Source: Epiperipatus broadwayi
Taxonomy: Eukaryota; Animalia; Onychophora
Reading direction: 5' to 3'
NCBI GenBank assembly: GCA_028023455.1
Contig: JAQFVV010000005.1
Coordinates: forward strand, 16,120,001-16,184,000
DNA length: 64,000 nucleotides
Under the pieces are notes generated by a model. It ran no database searches. It was not told where the DNA came from and saw nothing but the letters and a program-made list of their open reading frames with translations. Position 1 is the first letter of the stretch. Each line of letters opens with the position of its first letter. Position numbers and translations under genes: made by a program. Positions 1 through 13,615 of this stretch are shown here, piece by piece.

Positions 1-370
1 TTTTGTAGTTATATAGAGATAAAAGGTGGCTGCTAGAGGATTGCATTAAGTCATAAGATCTAGGTGCAGTGCTCTCAGATCCAAGGCTCTTATAAAAGGT
101 GGCTGCTAGAGGGTTGCATTAGATACTAAGATCTAGGTGCAGCACTCTCAGATCCAAGACTCCTTACTGACAAAAGCCACAAGCTAGAAAGTAGTCTGGG
201 GATATTGGATGAGTAGGTACTAGATAGGGATTTTACACACAAGCCTTCTGGCATCCATTGATTACTCTGGCTTGCACTGAGTGGTACTAATATATGGAGA
301 GTTTTGCCTGTTTTAATAACAGTTATGAGCAAGCATAAGAAATGGTGATCATGTGATGTTTAATGGTTTA
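1..370 (+). mobile_element. Family A hammerhead-bearing short retroelement (about one unit plus internal 73-bp tandem duplication)
   Basis: Matches copies at 5903, 26521, 33993 and 63311. ATAAAAGGTGGCTGCTAGAGG occurs at 19 and 92 (73-bp duplication). Degenerate hammerhead at 161-202 (CTGACAA...GAAAGTAGTC). Confidence 0.85.
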
Positions 371-1089
371 AAACTTAATCTTTGTATATAAAAAAATCAG
401 CATATGAATTTACTTGTATGATTAAAATTTCAAAAATTTGCTCTTTTTATTTTATTTTTTATATAAATATTTGCTTTTAATAAACCATTTGTAACTTCGT
501 ATTTGCCCTCTAGGATAATTCATTTTCATGATGACACGCGATCAGAAGATATGATGTGAAGTAAATTAAGAAAAGTTTCAGAATAAATTTAAGTAAAATC
601 AGAGTAATATTTAAAAGGTTTGTTTTGCAAAGAGATATTGCGATGAAGAGAAGTGGGAGAAAAAAATGGAGATTTATATTTACTTAGGCATTTTCTGTTA
701 GTTTTTAATCTTTCTTTACAAACATAAATAAGAGTTTGATCGGCTTGTTGAAACAATGGTATATATATATACGTGATAGAGAATTTAAGATTAATACTCT
801 ATAGATCTACTAAAGGTACTAAAAATATTGAAACTTTAAAATCAAACGAGTGACCATTAAAACATGTAAATATAATATTTTAACTTGTGTTTCAAATATC
901 CAACTCACCTCATTTAAAAATACATATATCTGGAATATTTTTCGCAAGAAGACAACTTAGGATGTATAAACTAACGTTTATGGACTTTGGTTGTTTTAAG
1001 TATTTCTTAGAATAAAGCATCTGAATAAAAATTATATTTCAAGAATACTAATGGAATGATTGTTTTAAGTATTTCTTAGAATAGATATC

Positions 1090-1910
1090 TGAAATTCAAC
1101 AAGAGCTTGCACAAATATCACACTTGAATTGTATTATTGAACAGGAAGACACACTAAAAAATATAAAAATTTTAGACCTATATGTACAAAGAGACAACAA
1201 ACATCTCAACTATAAAATGATAGTTAAGCCCTTACAGATTAGAGATGTGATTCACTCTCAATTGCTTATTCTTACTGTCCATAAATTGGCAGGTTTTAAG
1301 GGCTTTCTATACAGAAATTTCTCAATATGTACATATGAAGCCACAAAATAAATATAGAAAGAGTATACCAAAGACCTGTGTGAAATAGAATACAGACAAA
1401 AATATTTCCTCAACACTATCAAAAAGTTTTATTATAATATTAGACACAAACCACCATAGCCTGATGCAAGACCTTGGATTAGTTTACCATATATTTCAGG
1501 ATTATCATATAATCTTTACAATATTTGATCAGACACATATAAGATTAGTTTCAGGATCCCTTATTTTCTAAATCAACTCATAAACACAAAGAACAGGTTA
1601 CCCTCAGAACAAATCTCACAGATCGTTTATATTTGGTTTGCAATACAGTTTACTTTGGGGAGTCATGGTCAAATATTGAAATTAGAATAGTACAGCATAC
1701 ATACCCAATATAACCATGTTAAGGTCAACTCTGACATTAAATCAATATTTTTGAAGCATGAAATCAAGAGTGGCCACTCCTTTGATCTAACAAAACTTAG
1801 TACCATATGTTCCAAATAAAATGATAAAAAGCACCAGTTTAAAGAAGCATGACATATTTCTAGCAATGCCCATGCTTTTAATAAAAAAATCTTGCATTCC
1901 CCTATCAAAA
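1090..1910 (+). pseudogene. Penelope-like element remnant: RT C-terminus/thumb, linker and GIY-YIG endonuclease
   Basis: Fragments read CIIEQE..IKILDLYVQR...KP....IHS.....HKLAGFKGFLYRNFSICT, then PWISLPYISGLS, IVY..C..VYFGES..NIEIRIVQH and KSGHSFDL...FKEA.HI...AFN. This is the typical PLE RT plus GIY-YIG order, with stops and frameshifts. Confidence 0.85.
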
Positions 1911-2667
1911 AATGGTCTATTTAAATTATGTCATTTACATGTACATCTTATTTGAATATCACCTCACATACTTCAGGATAAATAAGACCACCTTCAATAG
2001 ATTACTTATGCAATGAATATGTTTAGCATTGCAGAATATTATAAATAAAAAATGTGTTTTATATTGAATTATATTACAAATAGTAAAAAGAAATGAAGTT
2101 GAAATATTCCCTGTGTGTTATGATATAATTAAAAAATAGATATATTAATATTTAACTGAGATAAGAATTACAATAAAATTATTTCAATTTAATTCTGAGA
2201 GTTGTCCATTATAGTGTTGATGTGATTTTACTTCAAGAGATTTATCATTCTTTTAGTAATGCATATTTTCTTAAAATTTCTGGATTTTTATTGATTAATG
2301 ATAAAATGAATTGACGATAGTTTAAATGATATTTGCAATCACCAATCAGATAGATACTATTTATACTTGTAATGTTTACAATCCACTCCCCATACACAAT
2401 AGTTCTACCTTTGCTTCCAGATTTTCTTACACCTTCTATATAGTCCTTGGGGATTATGTAAATGGGGATTAAACAGGTTATCAACTCATAGAATAAATGG
2501 ATTTAAACATCATATAGTTGCTTTACAATTGTTAAGCAAGGAAAGAAATTCCATCAAGCAGATGGGGAACTAAATGTATGATTTTAGTTTTGGTTTGATA
2601 AAATGTTGTTAGATTTTTTTCCACAGCCAACATAAACCAAGCCTAATTTTTCTTAGAACCTTTATTC

Positions 2668-2750
2668 AAACAGGCAAAACTCTTCATACAGTATTGCCAA
2701 TGGTGATCATGTGATGATTATTGGCTTAGAAACTTTATTTCTATAGATGA
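2668..2750. mobile_element. Family A fragments joined head-to-head
   Basis: Minus-oriented AAACAGGCAAAACTC...TTGCCA is fused to plus-oriented ATGGTGATCATGTGATG. Confidence 0.7.
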
Positions 2751-2759
2751 AAGCTATCC

Positions 2760-4985
2760 TGTTCGAAGATGGAATTTTGAAAAATATTAATAGAATCTCT
2801 ATAATTCTTTTTTCCTATGAAACAAACTCTTACTAACAGTTTCCATAGAATCAATACCTTATGAATGTTGTAAGCAATTCATTCCAGGTTGGAATAAAAA
2901 TAGCAACGCTTTTTATAGACAATTTTTATCTACAAATAATCAGGAAATTGCCAAAATATTTATAAAATCATTGGATTATGCTAGAAAAAAAAATTGGAAG
3001 CCATGGAGAAGCAGAATTTTACAAGATTTACTTATAATGTCTAGGTTTTTTATGAAAGCTTGGTGGATGTAAAGGTATCTCCAAAAACAGTACTGTTACT
3101 GCTAATCATCTTGCCAATCTTATATATATGACTTCTAAAGTGATGATTAATAGAATGAAAAAAAAATTGTCAGAGGAAATTTGCAAGTGTCTCTTTCACG
3201 ATGTTTCTATAATATCAATCTAATAAAACCTGTGAATGTTGTTGAACTTAAACTTGCCTTTTTTTTCATATGTCATAGCATCGGTCAGGAGGCGAACCCG
3301 CAACAACCATCTACAACCAACTGCTTGCCTGCAAGGCCGCTGCGCTGACCTCTCGGCTAACAACGCTTGACAATTAATTGTCTTCAATTAGAAAAAAACC
3401 TAAGTGTAGAGAGCATATTTCTTGAGTTTTCTAAAAAATTTAGGACTTAAAAGACAAAGCTTAATTGAGATAATTATTCAGTAACACTATTTATACAGGG
3501 ACTCAAACAGTCTTAAAACTATACAAAGCTAGAAATTCATATCCACTATCATTATTATATGTTCTCTACAAGCTTTTTGAAAAAAGCATATTTACAAGAA
3601 TTTTGTCAATAGTAGACAGACATCTATATATGTATAACAGACTTATTCTTCATCAGTAAGAATCTATTATAAACACATTTTATCTTTAACAACTCACACT
3701 GGAAAAAGCATTCAAAATATACTAAAAACTAATGCTATCTTTATTGACTTAATCTCAGCTCATGATTATGCTTGAAAAAATGGTCTTATAAAAGTTTCTA
3801 AAAATTTTAATGCAATAAAACCATTAATTTATTTGAAAAAATGCTCACCACTAAAAAAATTCAACTTATGCTAAGTGATAATTGTATGAGATGCAAAATT
3901 TTCTAGAAATGAATGTCACAGAGTTTAATTCTCTTACCCACTTTATTTAATATATTCATCAATGATCTTTCAGATATAGAAGGCAGGAAATTCACCTATG
4001 TTGATGACATTGCTTTGATTTGTCAAAAGAAATCTTTTCCTGAAATTGAAAAGTCTTTCAATAAGGGCGTGAAAAAAATAGAATTTTTTTTCAAAGACTG
4101 AAGTCTTATTCCTAATTCAATGAAAAGAGCAAATTCAAATTTTCATCTAAACAACAGGGAATCTTCTCATATTCTGAATATAATCTTTGCTATTTAATAG
4201 AAGTCTGAAATGTGATCCTATTATATGCCTTTGAGAAATAACTTTGGTTTATAGCCTACTTTATTTTTTTTAATTATCTAAGATTAAATCAAAAATTAAT
4301 TTCTATAAATAAACTTCTATGGAATTTTGCCTGGTGCTACTTGAATTTGTGGTGTAAATAATTCACAGATGGTTTCCTTAGCATTAGCATATTCTGTTGG
4401 TGAATATTGTGTCCCTGTTTGAAAACAAATTTGTCATATTTAATTCCTGGATACTTAGTAAATCTTTACCATAAGTATTAATTTGCACATTTAAATATAT
4501 TTCTTTTCAGTGTGTTCCTGTTCTTTCATATGCTCCTGTACTAAATGTGAGAAGATAAATTGTATCATAGAAAAGATATATAAAAAACTTATGCAGATGA
4601 CACAATAATTCATGATATGATTTTACCTCCTAAGACTTCTCAAATCAAGATCCCCTTAACCAAGAATCTATAATCAAAGAATTATGTATATAAAAATGGA
4701 ATTATTATGAGATTCCAAAATATTTTTTTTCCAAATGCTATTATAAAATCAGTTGAAATTAATTTTCTTAGATGCAATTGAAGTCTCTTTTACAGATTTG
4801 GGACAACCTATAGTTATTGTACTCACATGTTTCATAAACAGAATTTAACCATCACTGATGTATGTATATGTGGGTAAATTCAAACTATAACCACATAGTT
4901 AATGGTCAGCAAATATATGACAACAGTGGGAGAATTGAAGAATTTAATAAAAGCACCAGTGAATCTATCTCTTAGTTGGAGTCTG
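2760..4985 (+). pseudogene. Degenerate Ingi/Vingi-like non-LTR retrotransposon (RT and C-terminal zinc motif)
   Basis: SIP.GC.KQFIPGWN, VTANHLAN, YPLSLLYVLYKLFE, AIFIDL.SAHD, LLPTLFNIFINDL...FTYVDDIAL, FHLNNRE, ALAYSVGEYCVPV and C.CG.IQT. No room for RNase H between RT and the C-terminal motif. Confidence 0.75.
3259..3373 (-). mobile_element. tRNA-Gly(TCC)-derived mini-SINE nested in the Ingi/Vingi-like LINE
   Basis: Minus strand: GTCAA-GCGTTGTTAGCCGAGAGGTCAGCGCAGCGGCC...GGGTTCGCCTCCTGACCGATGC-TATGACATATGAAAAAAAA. Contains an insertion. Confidence 0.8.
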
Positions 4986-5902
4986 TACAGGTTCCTTTAT
5001 AATGTTCTTCATCATTAAATTCTTCCATTCAAACTTTATTTAGTATTATATGGTTCCTTTATAATGCATGCCAATAGTTAAGCTAACCAAAAAAATCATA
5101 TGCTAAATAAATAAAATTTATATCTGAGCTCAGAATAACTTTTAGTTTAGTAAATGATTAGTAATGTCATTAATTTATTTAAATGAAGTGGTTGGTGTAA
5201 AAGTTGTGAGTACAAAAAGTTTGATATTTATAAATCAAAATGTGATAATTACATATATACTTACATATACATACAAACACATATATGTAATATACAAAAA
5301 CATCATAACAGAAAATAAATAATAAAATTAAGTAAACTAAGCATACTTTTGATGCATTGAAAGTATACTTGGGTTCTTTAAGTTAATTTTATTCTTTATT
5401 CTCTGTTACAATCTTTTTATACTAATCATACTAACAGAAGTTTAATCTATTATATATATAATATTGATTTTCCTTTCATTATTGTTTGTAATTCAAAATT
5501 TGCAAAAACGTCTTAATGTCCACCTAACGAAAAGATTTTTAATTTTTTATTTATGATATAAAATCAGCTGAATGTACTTCTGTGGATTGAAAGATTGTAT
5601 TTAATAGTTATATTTATTATTATTACAATAGTTTTCAATTAATGGACATTTTATTTTTATTATATATATAATATTGATTAATACTTTATTAATAATTATA
5701 ATTAATATAGAATAAAAATATGATAATAAAATTATGAAATTTTTACAAAATTTTCTTCATAATCTTGGTTTTGCCTATTAAATAAATAGACCTTTTCAAG
5801 TAAAAACTATTACCAAAAGCATACATATAAGTACACTAATGTAACTACCCATTACTCAATACAAATGAAAATCATTATTCCTAATATCCCAAAAAAGTTA
5901 AT

Positions 5903-6270
5903 AAAACAGGCAAAACTCTCTATACAGTAGTGCCACTCAGTGAAAGCCAGAGTAATCAATGGATGCCAGAATGCTTATGCATAAAATCCCTATCTAGTGC
6001 CTACTCATCCAATATCCCCAGACTAGTTTCTAGGTGCAATGCTCTCAGATCCAAGACTCCTCACTAATGAAAGCCACAATTAGAAACTAGTCTGGGGATA
6101 TTAGATGAGTAGGCACTAGATGGGAATTTTATGCACAAGCCTTCTGGCATCCATTGATTACTCTGACTTGCACTGAATGGCACTACTGTATGGAGAATTT
6201 TTCCTGTTTAAATAACAGTAATGAGCAAGCATAAGAAATAGTGGACCATATGACGTTTAGTGGTTTAATC
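5903..6270. mobile_element. Family A head-to-head palindrome
   Basis: Arms 5903-6033 and 6081-6209, with CTAG microhomology at the junction. Degenerate hammerhead at 6058-6098 (CTAATGA). Confidence 0.9.
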
Positions 6271-8329
6271 AAAAAAAGTTCTCATAAGATCAATAACTTC
6301 AGATGCAAAATAATTAACTAGTTTATAAATTGGTGATTTAAGATAAAAAATAAATTATTTTCCTCATTGTTATCAATATGCACAAAAGATTCTTTACATC
6401 ATAAAACAGTATTTTATGATTAGGTTTATGTTCATGAATGCATAATACTGAGCTAATGTATATATTTTTAATTCTACTTTATGAATTTTAACTCACCCAT
6501 ATATTATTTCTAAGACAACTGGGAACTATTCATGAAATGCTTTTACTATACACTGTTTAGAATAATTTAATAATAAATTCGAATCACAGCCTTTTCTTCA
6601 AACAATTCCCATATTCTCCAACATATGACTATTTTTATTAAACAATTTATAAATTGATGATTTAAATAAATGCTTTTTTCTCATTTCTAAGATCAATACT
6701 CTTAAAATGAAAACTATAATTAGTCTTATTAAATGTAACACCATTAATAAATTTATGAGGGTAGCTTAAACCAATGTAACTAGTACTAAATTCATTTCAA
6801 TGAATTAAAGTATAATTTTCAAAATTATAAAGCTTTTCTTCCTACTAGTTACACTCTTAAAATAGCCTTCTTATGAGCAAATGAGCCCATAATCATGTTT
6901 CTTAAATTTTTATCTTTAATAAAAGAATTATAATTTAGAAGGGATTTGAACTAAAACTTTCAAGTTCCCTTCAGCTATCCACTCCATTCTATACATAACA
7001 CTATTTGTATAATAATTATTTTTTGAAATTCAAAGTATTCCCATCAATAATAAATTTAATATTAGAATTAATCAAAAATCCTTCAACTTATTTTTATTAA
7101 TAACAAACAAACAAATCTTCAACATATCTAATAAATAATCATAAAAAATTGCAATGTTGACTATTAATCTTACTCTTTAAAAAATTGATATGACAGAGTA
7201 CCTTAAAGGTGAAATAACATATCCAATGATCCAATCTTCTTCAATTTTATAAAACATATCATTATACCTAAAATATATAGAATTCTCTAATAATAAAAGC
7301 AGTTACAGATAAGAGTTCACTGTTAATTAAAAGAAGGTACTTTGATTCCCCTTACTTATGAATTTGAGAATTGGATACTTAAGAACAATACATAAACTTC
7401 AGACCACTGAACAAAGTTAGGAGTAACATGAAGTAATAAAAACTAAATATGTAATAAGAGAATAAAAAGATATTACTGACAACAACATAGAAAGAATTAA
7501 GATAGAAATAAAGCTGGGAATGCTTATTTCTAGATGAGATGATAATAGATTGATAATTGAAATTATATATTAGATTCTAGAAAGATGTGAGGTAAATGTA
7601 TGCAATGGTTTTCTGGTGTGTTATGGAAAAGAGGGGCAAAAAATCAAAGAAATTGGATTTAATTTGAAAAGATCAATATCCTGTAGTGGCTCAATAATAG
7701 TTAAAAATGATGGTGATGATATAAATAATATTGATTTTAGAAGCAGAAAAAATATTCTTCTTTCTTCAAAACAGAAACAAATACATTAACACTTTTTAAT
7801 TTTTAACAACCCCCCTCAAAAAAAACCCCCCCACCACCCCTATAAAAAAATTTTCTCATATCCAAAAATCCCAGAAAACCAGGAAAGCATAATAAAGATA
7901 AGACAGAAAAAGAAATTTCAACAAGGGGTGAAGTAAAAAATTTAATTCCTTCCTGTAGGGTAAATTTATTTTTTTTTAAATCATTATAGATGATACTTTC
8001 CATTATACCGAAGGTATTTTTTTTTAATAACATCACTTTTTCCTTTCCATCTTTATGATATCTCTAGAGATCACAGTTGATCTGATAAATTATAAACAAT
8101 TTTTTTTTCTTAAATATTGTTACATATATTAGGTGCATATATTCAAGATTGTTAAATCACAACATTTAAGCCATTAGTTTATTTATAGCTTGTGTTTCTT
8201 AAAGATGTGTGATATGTGATAGAAAATTATATTAAAAGCAACTTCTGAAGATGATCAGTGTAGTTGTAAAAATAATATCTACATTGTAACTCAAAAGACA
8301 AAATCATGTATTTTATAATATAAATACAA

Positions 8330-8548
8330 TAATTCATATATATATATTGCTTACAATAACTCCCTTCATATACACTTTATTGCAAATTTTTTTTTTAATA
8401 TTCCTTTATTTTAGAGGAGGTTAAGATTGCCCTGATGAAGACTGCAGGAATTTGAAACTGTCAGGAAAATAAAGAAATCATAATAAAAAAATTTTTGCAT
8501 CAAAGTGTATATGAGGGGAGTTATTGTAAGCAATATATATGAATATAT
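8330..8548. mobile_element. Family C palindrome with a hammerhead in the spacer
   Basis: Arms about 8330-8412 and 8466-8548. CTGATGA (8432) AGACTGCAGGAATTT GAAA CT GTC AGGAA. Confidence 0.75.
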
Positions 8549-9425
8549 GAAGAAATGCAAAGAAAGAAAAAGGAGAAAAATATGAAAAAATACAATAATT
8601 CGTAGCATTTAAAATTTTTTTTCTTTTTCATACCAGCTTAGTGATTTTTATATACTTTAAAAAGTAATTTCTAGATTATAATTAAAAATAAATAAAAAAC
8701 TGGGTATCTTATTATATAACTAGGGGGCTCCACTACATATGGTTTCAGTGCTGATCAAATTCCATAATTCTTTTTTCCCAAAGATGAATGAATAAGATGT
8801 TATTCTTCTGTTTTTATTTAACACATGTTCAACATACACACCCTACATTTTATTCTTTCATTAATTGGTCCAGAGAAATTTATTGTTAAATAATTATTAA
8901 CATGTTTTACTACAGAGGTCTTGCTTTTGTTGAAAAGTTTTATTTTACCCACGCTTAATTTTAAAAATTATATATTTTAGGATCTTATAAAGAAGTTGTC
9001 AAAAATGTTCATAATAAAATATTGTTCCATAAAATTCAATTTTTTTCTTTAACATATTTAATTGCACCAGAGAAAGTTTATTCTTAAATAAATAATTATT
9101 AATACTGTTTCAGAATACAATCTTTTTTTATTGCAGGCACTCTTTTCTGTCAGATTTTTAATAAGTTTGTCCTTTATTATAAGGGTGGCCATTTTAGTTG
9201 CTTAGTAGCAATTTACATCCAGGATTTTTAGTAACTACATCATTGGTACTATTTCAGTTTCAACTTATCATTTTATATATATAGGATAAACAAAGGCAGA
9301 TTAGCAGTGTTTTTATTATTATTCCTCATTTCAACAACAACAACAAATTAATAAATATATCTCTTGGATAAATCCTGCTTCCATTACTTTTTCTTATATA
9401 TTTCTCTGCCTAATAATTTCTATAT

Positions 9426-9498
9426 TTTTTTTTTTCATGTGTCATAGCATCGGCCCTCTCGGGACAAGTGCTTAGTAAAGCAGCTGTGCTGACCTCTT
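9426..9498 (-). mobile_element. 5'-truncated tRNA-Gly mini-SINE
   Basis: TTTTTTTCATGTGTCATAGCATCGGCC...AAGCAGCTGTGCTGACC matches the other three copies. Confidence 0.75.
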
Positions 9499-9574
9499 TG
9501 TAATTGAAAATAAATACAAAAACATATATTTTATTGTCTAAATATAATAAAGGCAAATTTACAGAAATTTTATT

Positions 9575-9856
9575 TTATTTTTTACATTTTGCACGTACTA
9601 TTAATGAATGTATTTCTTGAATACATGCAAAATTTATTTGACTTGGAGCAAAAACAAATTTATCCTTAACAAGTAATTCATTGTTTAAAATAACTACTAT
9701 CTCATCCAAAAATTTTAAAAATTTACTCGAAGAAATAAAATCAATTGCTATGAGAATTACTTTAAAAAAAGGCCATGATTTGAATTCATTATTAAATAAT
9801 TCTAAACAGTGTATAGATGATAAAATCATTCCAAAAATAATTAAAAGATATTCCAT
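9575..9856 (-). CDS. Candidate 93-aa single-exon ORF with hydrophobic, signal-like N-terminus (unverified)
   Basis: AGCATGG start context, MEYLLIIFGMILSSIHC, AATAAA at the stop, CpG-retaining upstream DNA. An ORF of this length can occur by chance. Confidence 0.2.
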   Translation of the reverse strand: MEYLLIIFGMILSSIHCLELFNNEFKSWPFFKVILIAIDFISSSKFLKFLDEIVVILNNELLVKDKFVFAPSQINFACIQEIHSLIVRAKCKK

Positions 9857-10559
9857 GCTGCTATCTTAAACTATACATATTCGAGAGCAAGTCAAGTAGA
9901 ATTAAAAATAGACACCTTAGCTCAGTTTTATGCCTTCATAAATGTAATGTTAATCATAAAATATTGTTTGATGGTATAATGGCTGTATTTTGTAAATGTT
10001 AACGAAATCAAAAGAAAAGTCATTCTTTTGATTAATTATTTTGGTCATTAATTTTACGAAAACTTCTTTTAATATTACGAGTGGGTGTATTTATTAGACG
10101 TATTTTTTTTTGTTAATTGACTTCACTTGAGAAGTCTATTTAAATTAAAAGCGACAGAAGTACTTTTGAATAGGTCATAATCACTATAAACTGACTTTAT
10201 ATAGATGAGAAATGTCACATGAATTTTCAGTGGTTGTGTTTCAATATCTATGTATTATCTATTTTTTGCAAGGTTTTAAGATTGATTTATAAGAATTGCT
10301 TCTTTGATTTTTTAAGTGGGTAACTCATTAATTATTATATATATAATATTTAAATTATAATATATACATAAATATTTTTGGTAACTTATATTGTAATCAT
10401 TATCAACTGAATTTAAATGATCAAGACAAATCATGTGACTTCTGTTTCTGTCTGCGGAAATTCATTTGAAAATAATTACATAAATTAAATTAGCAACTAC
10501 CTTATTAACAAGTATAAAACAAATTATAGTACTTATATGCATGTGTGTGTAAATATTGT

Positions 10560-11760
10560 TTTAAATTTTATTAATTATATGTAATAAAATTTGCATATAT
10601 ATGTTGAAATGTTTTAGGAAATACGTATTCTTTTCTCTACGTTTTTGGTTCCATTCAGGTCAATGCATTTTCAGTGCTATACACCATCATTTATAACTAT
10701 TCTACTTTATTCTGTATGCTGTTTTATAATGACTATTGGTAATATGTAAATGAGCTGATTTACATTTTCCATTAAATCAATAATTGGATGCTACTAGCTT
10801 TTTTATTTATTACATTATCATGGCTAGCAACTTACCAAGCCTGCTTCATCTTTATCTTTCTATCCTACCATTCTACACAAATGTATGGCATTCTGTGGAT
10901 CAAAATGGTATCTGCATTCTTTTTCATAGTCTAAGAACATCAGTGTATATGCTGTATTCTCTTTAGCCCAGTTACATAGCTATTTATATTGTTATTCTTG
11001 TGATGTTTGTTCAAGATTCTCTGCAGTTTATTGCTATGAATCTGGGCGTTGCACTGTATTTCACATAAAATAAAACAGGTTAAAAAGACAAGATAATAGC
11101 AAAGCATTGATCATAATGCCTTTCATACTAGTTTTTAACAACTAAAATAAAGAATATTTGCAAACATGAGTTCAAGTAAACTTTAGAACAACAACCAGCC
11201 TCAATGGATTGATTAACAATGCTAAAGATAAAATAGAAAAAAGAAATCATGCAAATAGTGTACAAACTACAGTGCAACAGCCTGGTGTGCACAGCATATA
11301 CTATGGTGTAACTCAAATCAACATCACCATAAGGATAACACAACATAAGTATTTATATAATAGAGCTAAAAAAGCAGTATATATGTCAGTGTTCTTAGAT
11401 CATGAAAAAGAACATGGACACTATTTTGATCCACAGAATGTCAAATTGATATGCATAGAGTGAAATAATAGAAAGAAAAAGATAAAGGACACTTGGTAAA
11501 TCACAAACAATAACAATATAATGAATATTAGAGCTAATAAGACCTAATTATTGAATCAGAAATATATAAATCAGCTCATTTACAAATTAACAAAGGCCAC
11601 TATAAAACAGCAGAGACCGAAGTAAAACAGCTATTATCATGGTGCATAACAGCAAAAACGCATTAAGTTGAATGTAAAAACAAAAAGAAAGGAAAGAATA
11701 AGTACAAACTTCATAAAGCACATCAACATATATATGCAAAACTTATTATATATGTAAGAA
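10560..11760. mobile_element. Old head-to-head pair of Penelope GIY-YIG and 3' end remnants
   Basis: The + copy at 11130-11760 reads FRTTTSLNGLINNAKDKIE..IVYKLQC..C..YYGVT...IRITQHK...FLDHEKEHGHYFDPQNVKLICIE. The reverse complement of 10560-11075 aligns to it at visibly low identity. Confidence 0.8.
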
Positions 11761-12399
11761 AACTATGTCCTAAAACATTTATTATTTGCTCACCGTATCC
11801 AATAAAAAAATAAACAAATCACTCTTCAGAGAATATAAATTTTGGATTATACTTGTCAAGTGTCTGAAGCACCATAGTCATCCATATTACCATAAAAACA
11901 GTCCATATTATATCAATTTGGTGTTGATATTGTGAATATTTTATGCAACTGTGAATATTCACTTTTTAACATCAGATTGATCAAAGTACCTTTATTAATA
12001 TGAAACAGATATTTGTTTTATTTATATGAAGGGTTGACAGTGCTTTAGTCAGTCAGTGAGGGTGGAACTTTCAACTTGAATGATAATTTGTTATATAGTA
12101 CAGTGACTGAGTAATAAATGTTCCAATCATCACAGATGGAAAGGACTTCAATCATAACTTATAATACTATAATTTTTCATTGCTCCAACATCCCTCAATG
12201 TGTCTAAACAAAAATCATTGACTAATCTAAAATCTAATAAAATATATTCTAGCATAGATAAAGCATACTACCCCCCCCCCACCTTGTTAGAACTGAGTGA
12301 CATCTTGGAAACAGTAGAGTTGAGAATAATGTTTCCATCACAAGTGTTTACATGTACTCACTTCTCAATTTTAATTCATTGCAAAATGTTTTTATATAT

Positions 12400-12850
12400 A
12401 GTCATCTGCATTCATTTAATTTATTGTTCATGCTTATTAGCTGCATTTGTATTATTGTTTCCTTCATGTTTATTATATTGTATTCCTGTTATTGTTATAT
12501 TTATGTTTATATTGTAGTTCTGATAGTTTCATTCATGTTTATTATATTGTAGTTCTGATGTTGTTTCATTTATTATATTGTATTTCTGTTATTGTTTCAT
12601 TTATATTTATTATACAGTCTTTTTGTTGTTGTTTTATTCATGTTTATTATATTGCATTTTTGTTATTCTGTCATGTTTATTATATTGTATTTCTATTATT
12701 GTTTTATTCAGATTTATATTTATTTTTTTTAATTTATTTACATTTATTATATATTTCTGTTATTGTTTTATTCATATTCATTATATTGTATTTTTGCTGT
12801 TATTTCATTCATGTTTATTATATTACATTTTTGATATTGTTTCATTCTTA
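12400..12850. repeat. Degenerate minisatellite of about 37 bp
   Basis: Unit approximately TTCATGTTTATTATATTGTATTTCTGTTATTGTTTCA, repeated about 12 times. It explains the overlapping Y/I/F/C-rich ORFs. Confidence 0.85.
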
Positions 12851-13536
12851 TCACAATGCTTCATATTAAAGACAATGAAACTGAGGTTGTGTCAAACTTT
12901 ACGGAGACAAATGAAACATTAATGGAATGAAAAATTTATTGAAAATTGTGACATATTGCATCATATTTTTTGTTTGAAAGGATGTGAACAGTATGTTAAC
13001 AATGACTGCATAAGGGTTTTAAATTTTGGAAGGTTGAATTTTGAACTGAGGCATGAAGTTTGTACAAAACAAATGTCATTTAAAACTTTTCACAGTAAGT
13101 TGTGTCTTAAAAGGTTTTGAAGACTTGTAAAAATATTGGATTGTGATGTTGAAGATTTTTTTTAGTAATGTTTCATTACTTATAAAATTAAAATCAATGT
13201 TATTGAGAACAGAAATATACAGCATGCAAATACCTAATTGTGATATTACATATTAAAACTGCATTGATTAAGATATTAAAATAATATATAAAGTAAAAGC
13301 AATACTAATATCATTTTATATTTGGGAAACATATTGAAAATATTATATTATTGGTGCTAATAACACATGTGTTTTTCATTTTTGGAATGGAACAGGTGCT
13401 TTTGGCAAGAACGTTCCTGACCAAAAATGAATCAAAGTTATATTTAATACTTTCAACGCTCTCTATGAGTATAAAACAGTATTAGTATTATGTTTGATTT
13501 ATTACATTTCAGTGATAGAATTATCATAGTTTTTTT

Positions 13537-13540
<4 letters not shown>

Positions 13541-13566
<26 letters not shown>
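13541..13566. repeat. (TA)n microsatellite
   Basis: Direct reading. Confidence 0.95.
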
Positions 13567-13573
<7 letters not shown>

Positions 13574-13615
13574 AATATTACAAATCGATGTCTGTATTTC
13601 TTCAAAATAATATAC

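Noticed and set aside
126-332. Similar short ORFs at 126-332, 26569-26769, 34048-34332 and 63236-63490
   Set aside because: They are incidental readings of family A repeat DNA with inconsistent starts, stops and strands, and no protein motif.
6400-7400. Possible CR1/L2-like remnants on the minus strand, also 2100-2660
   Set aside because: Only faint WNS.P-like and similar fragments; too decayed to support by eye.
9590-9869. Longer plus-strand ORF if TGA were read as Trp (NUMT or alternative code)
   Set aside because: The product is hydrophilic and unlike any mitochondrial protein I recognise, and there is no other organellar sequence nearby.
12200-12922. Four overlapping 66-140-aa ORFs
   Set aside because: They are by-products of the T-rich 37-bp minisatellite.
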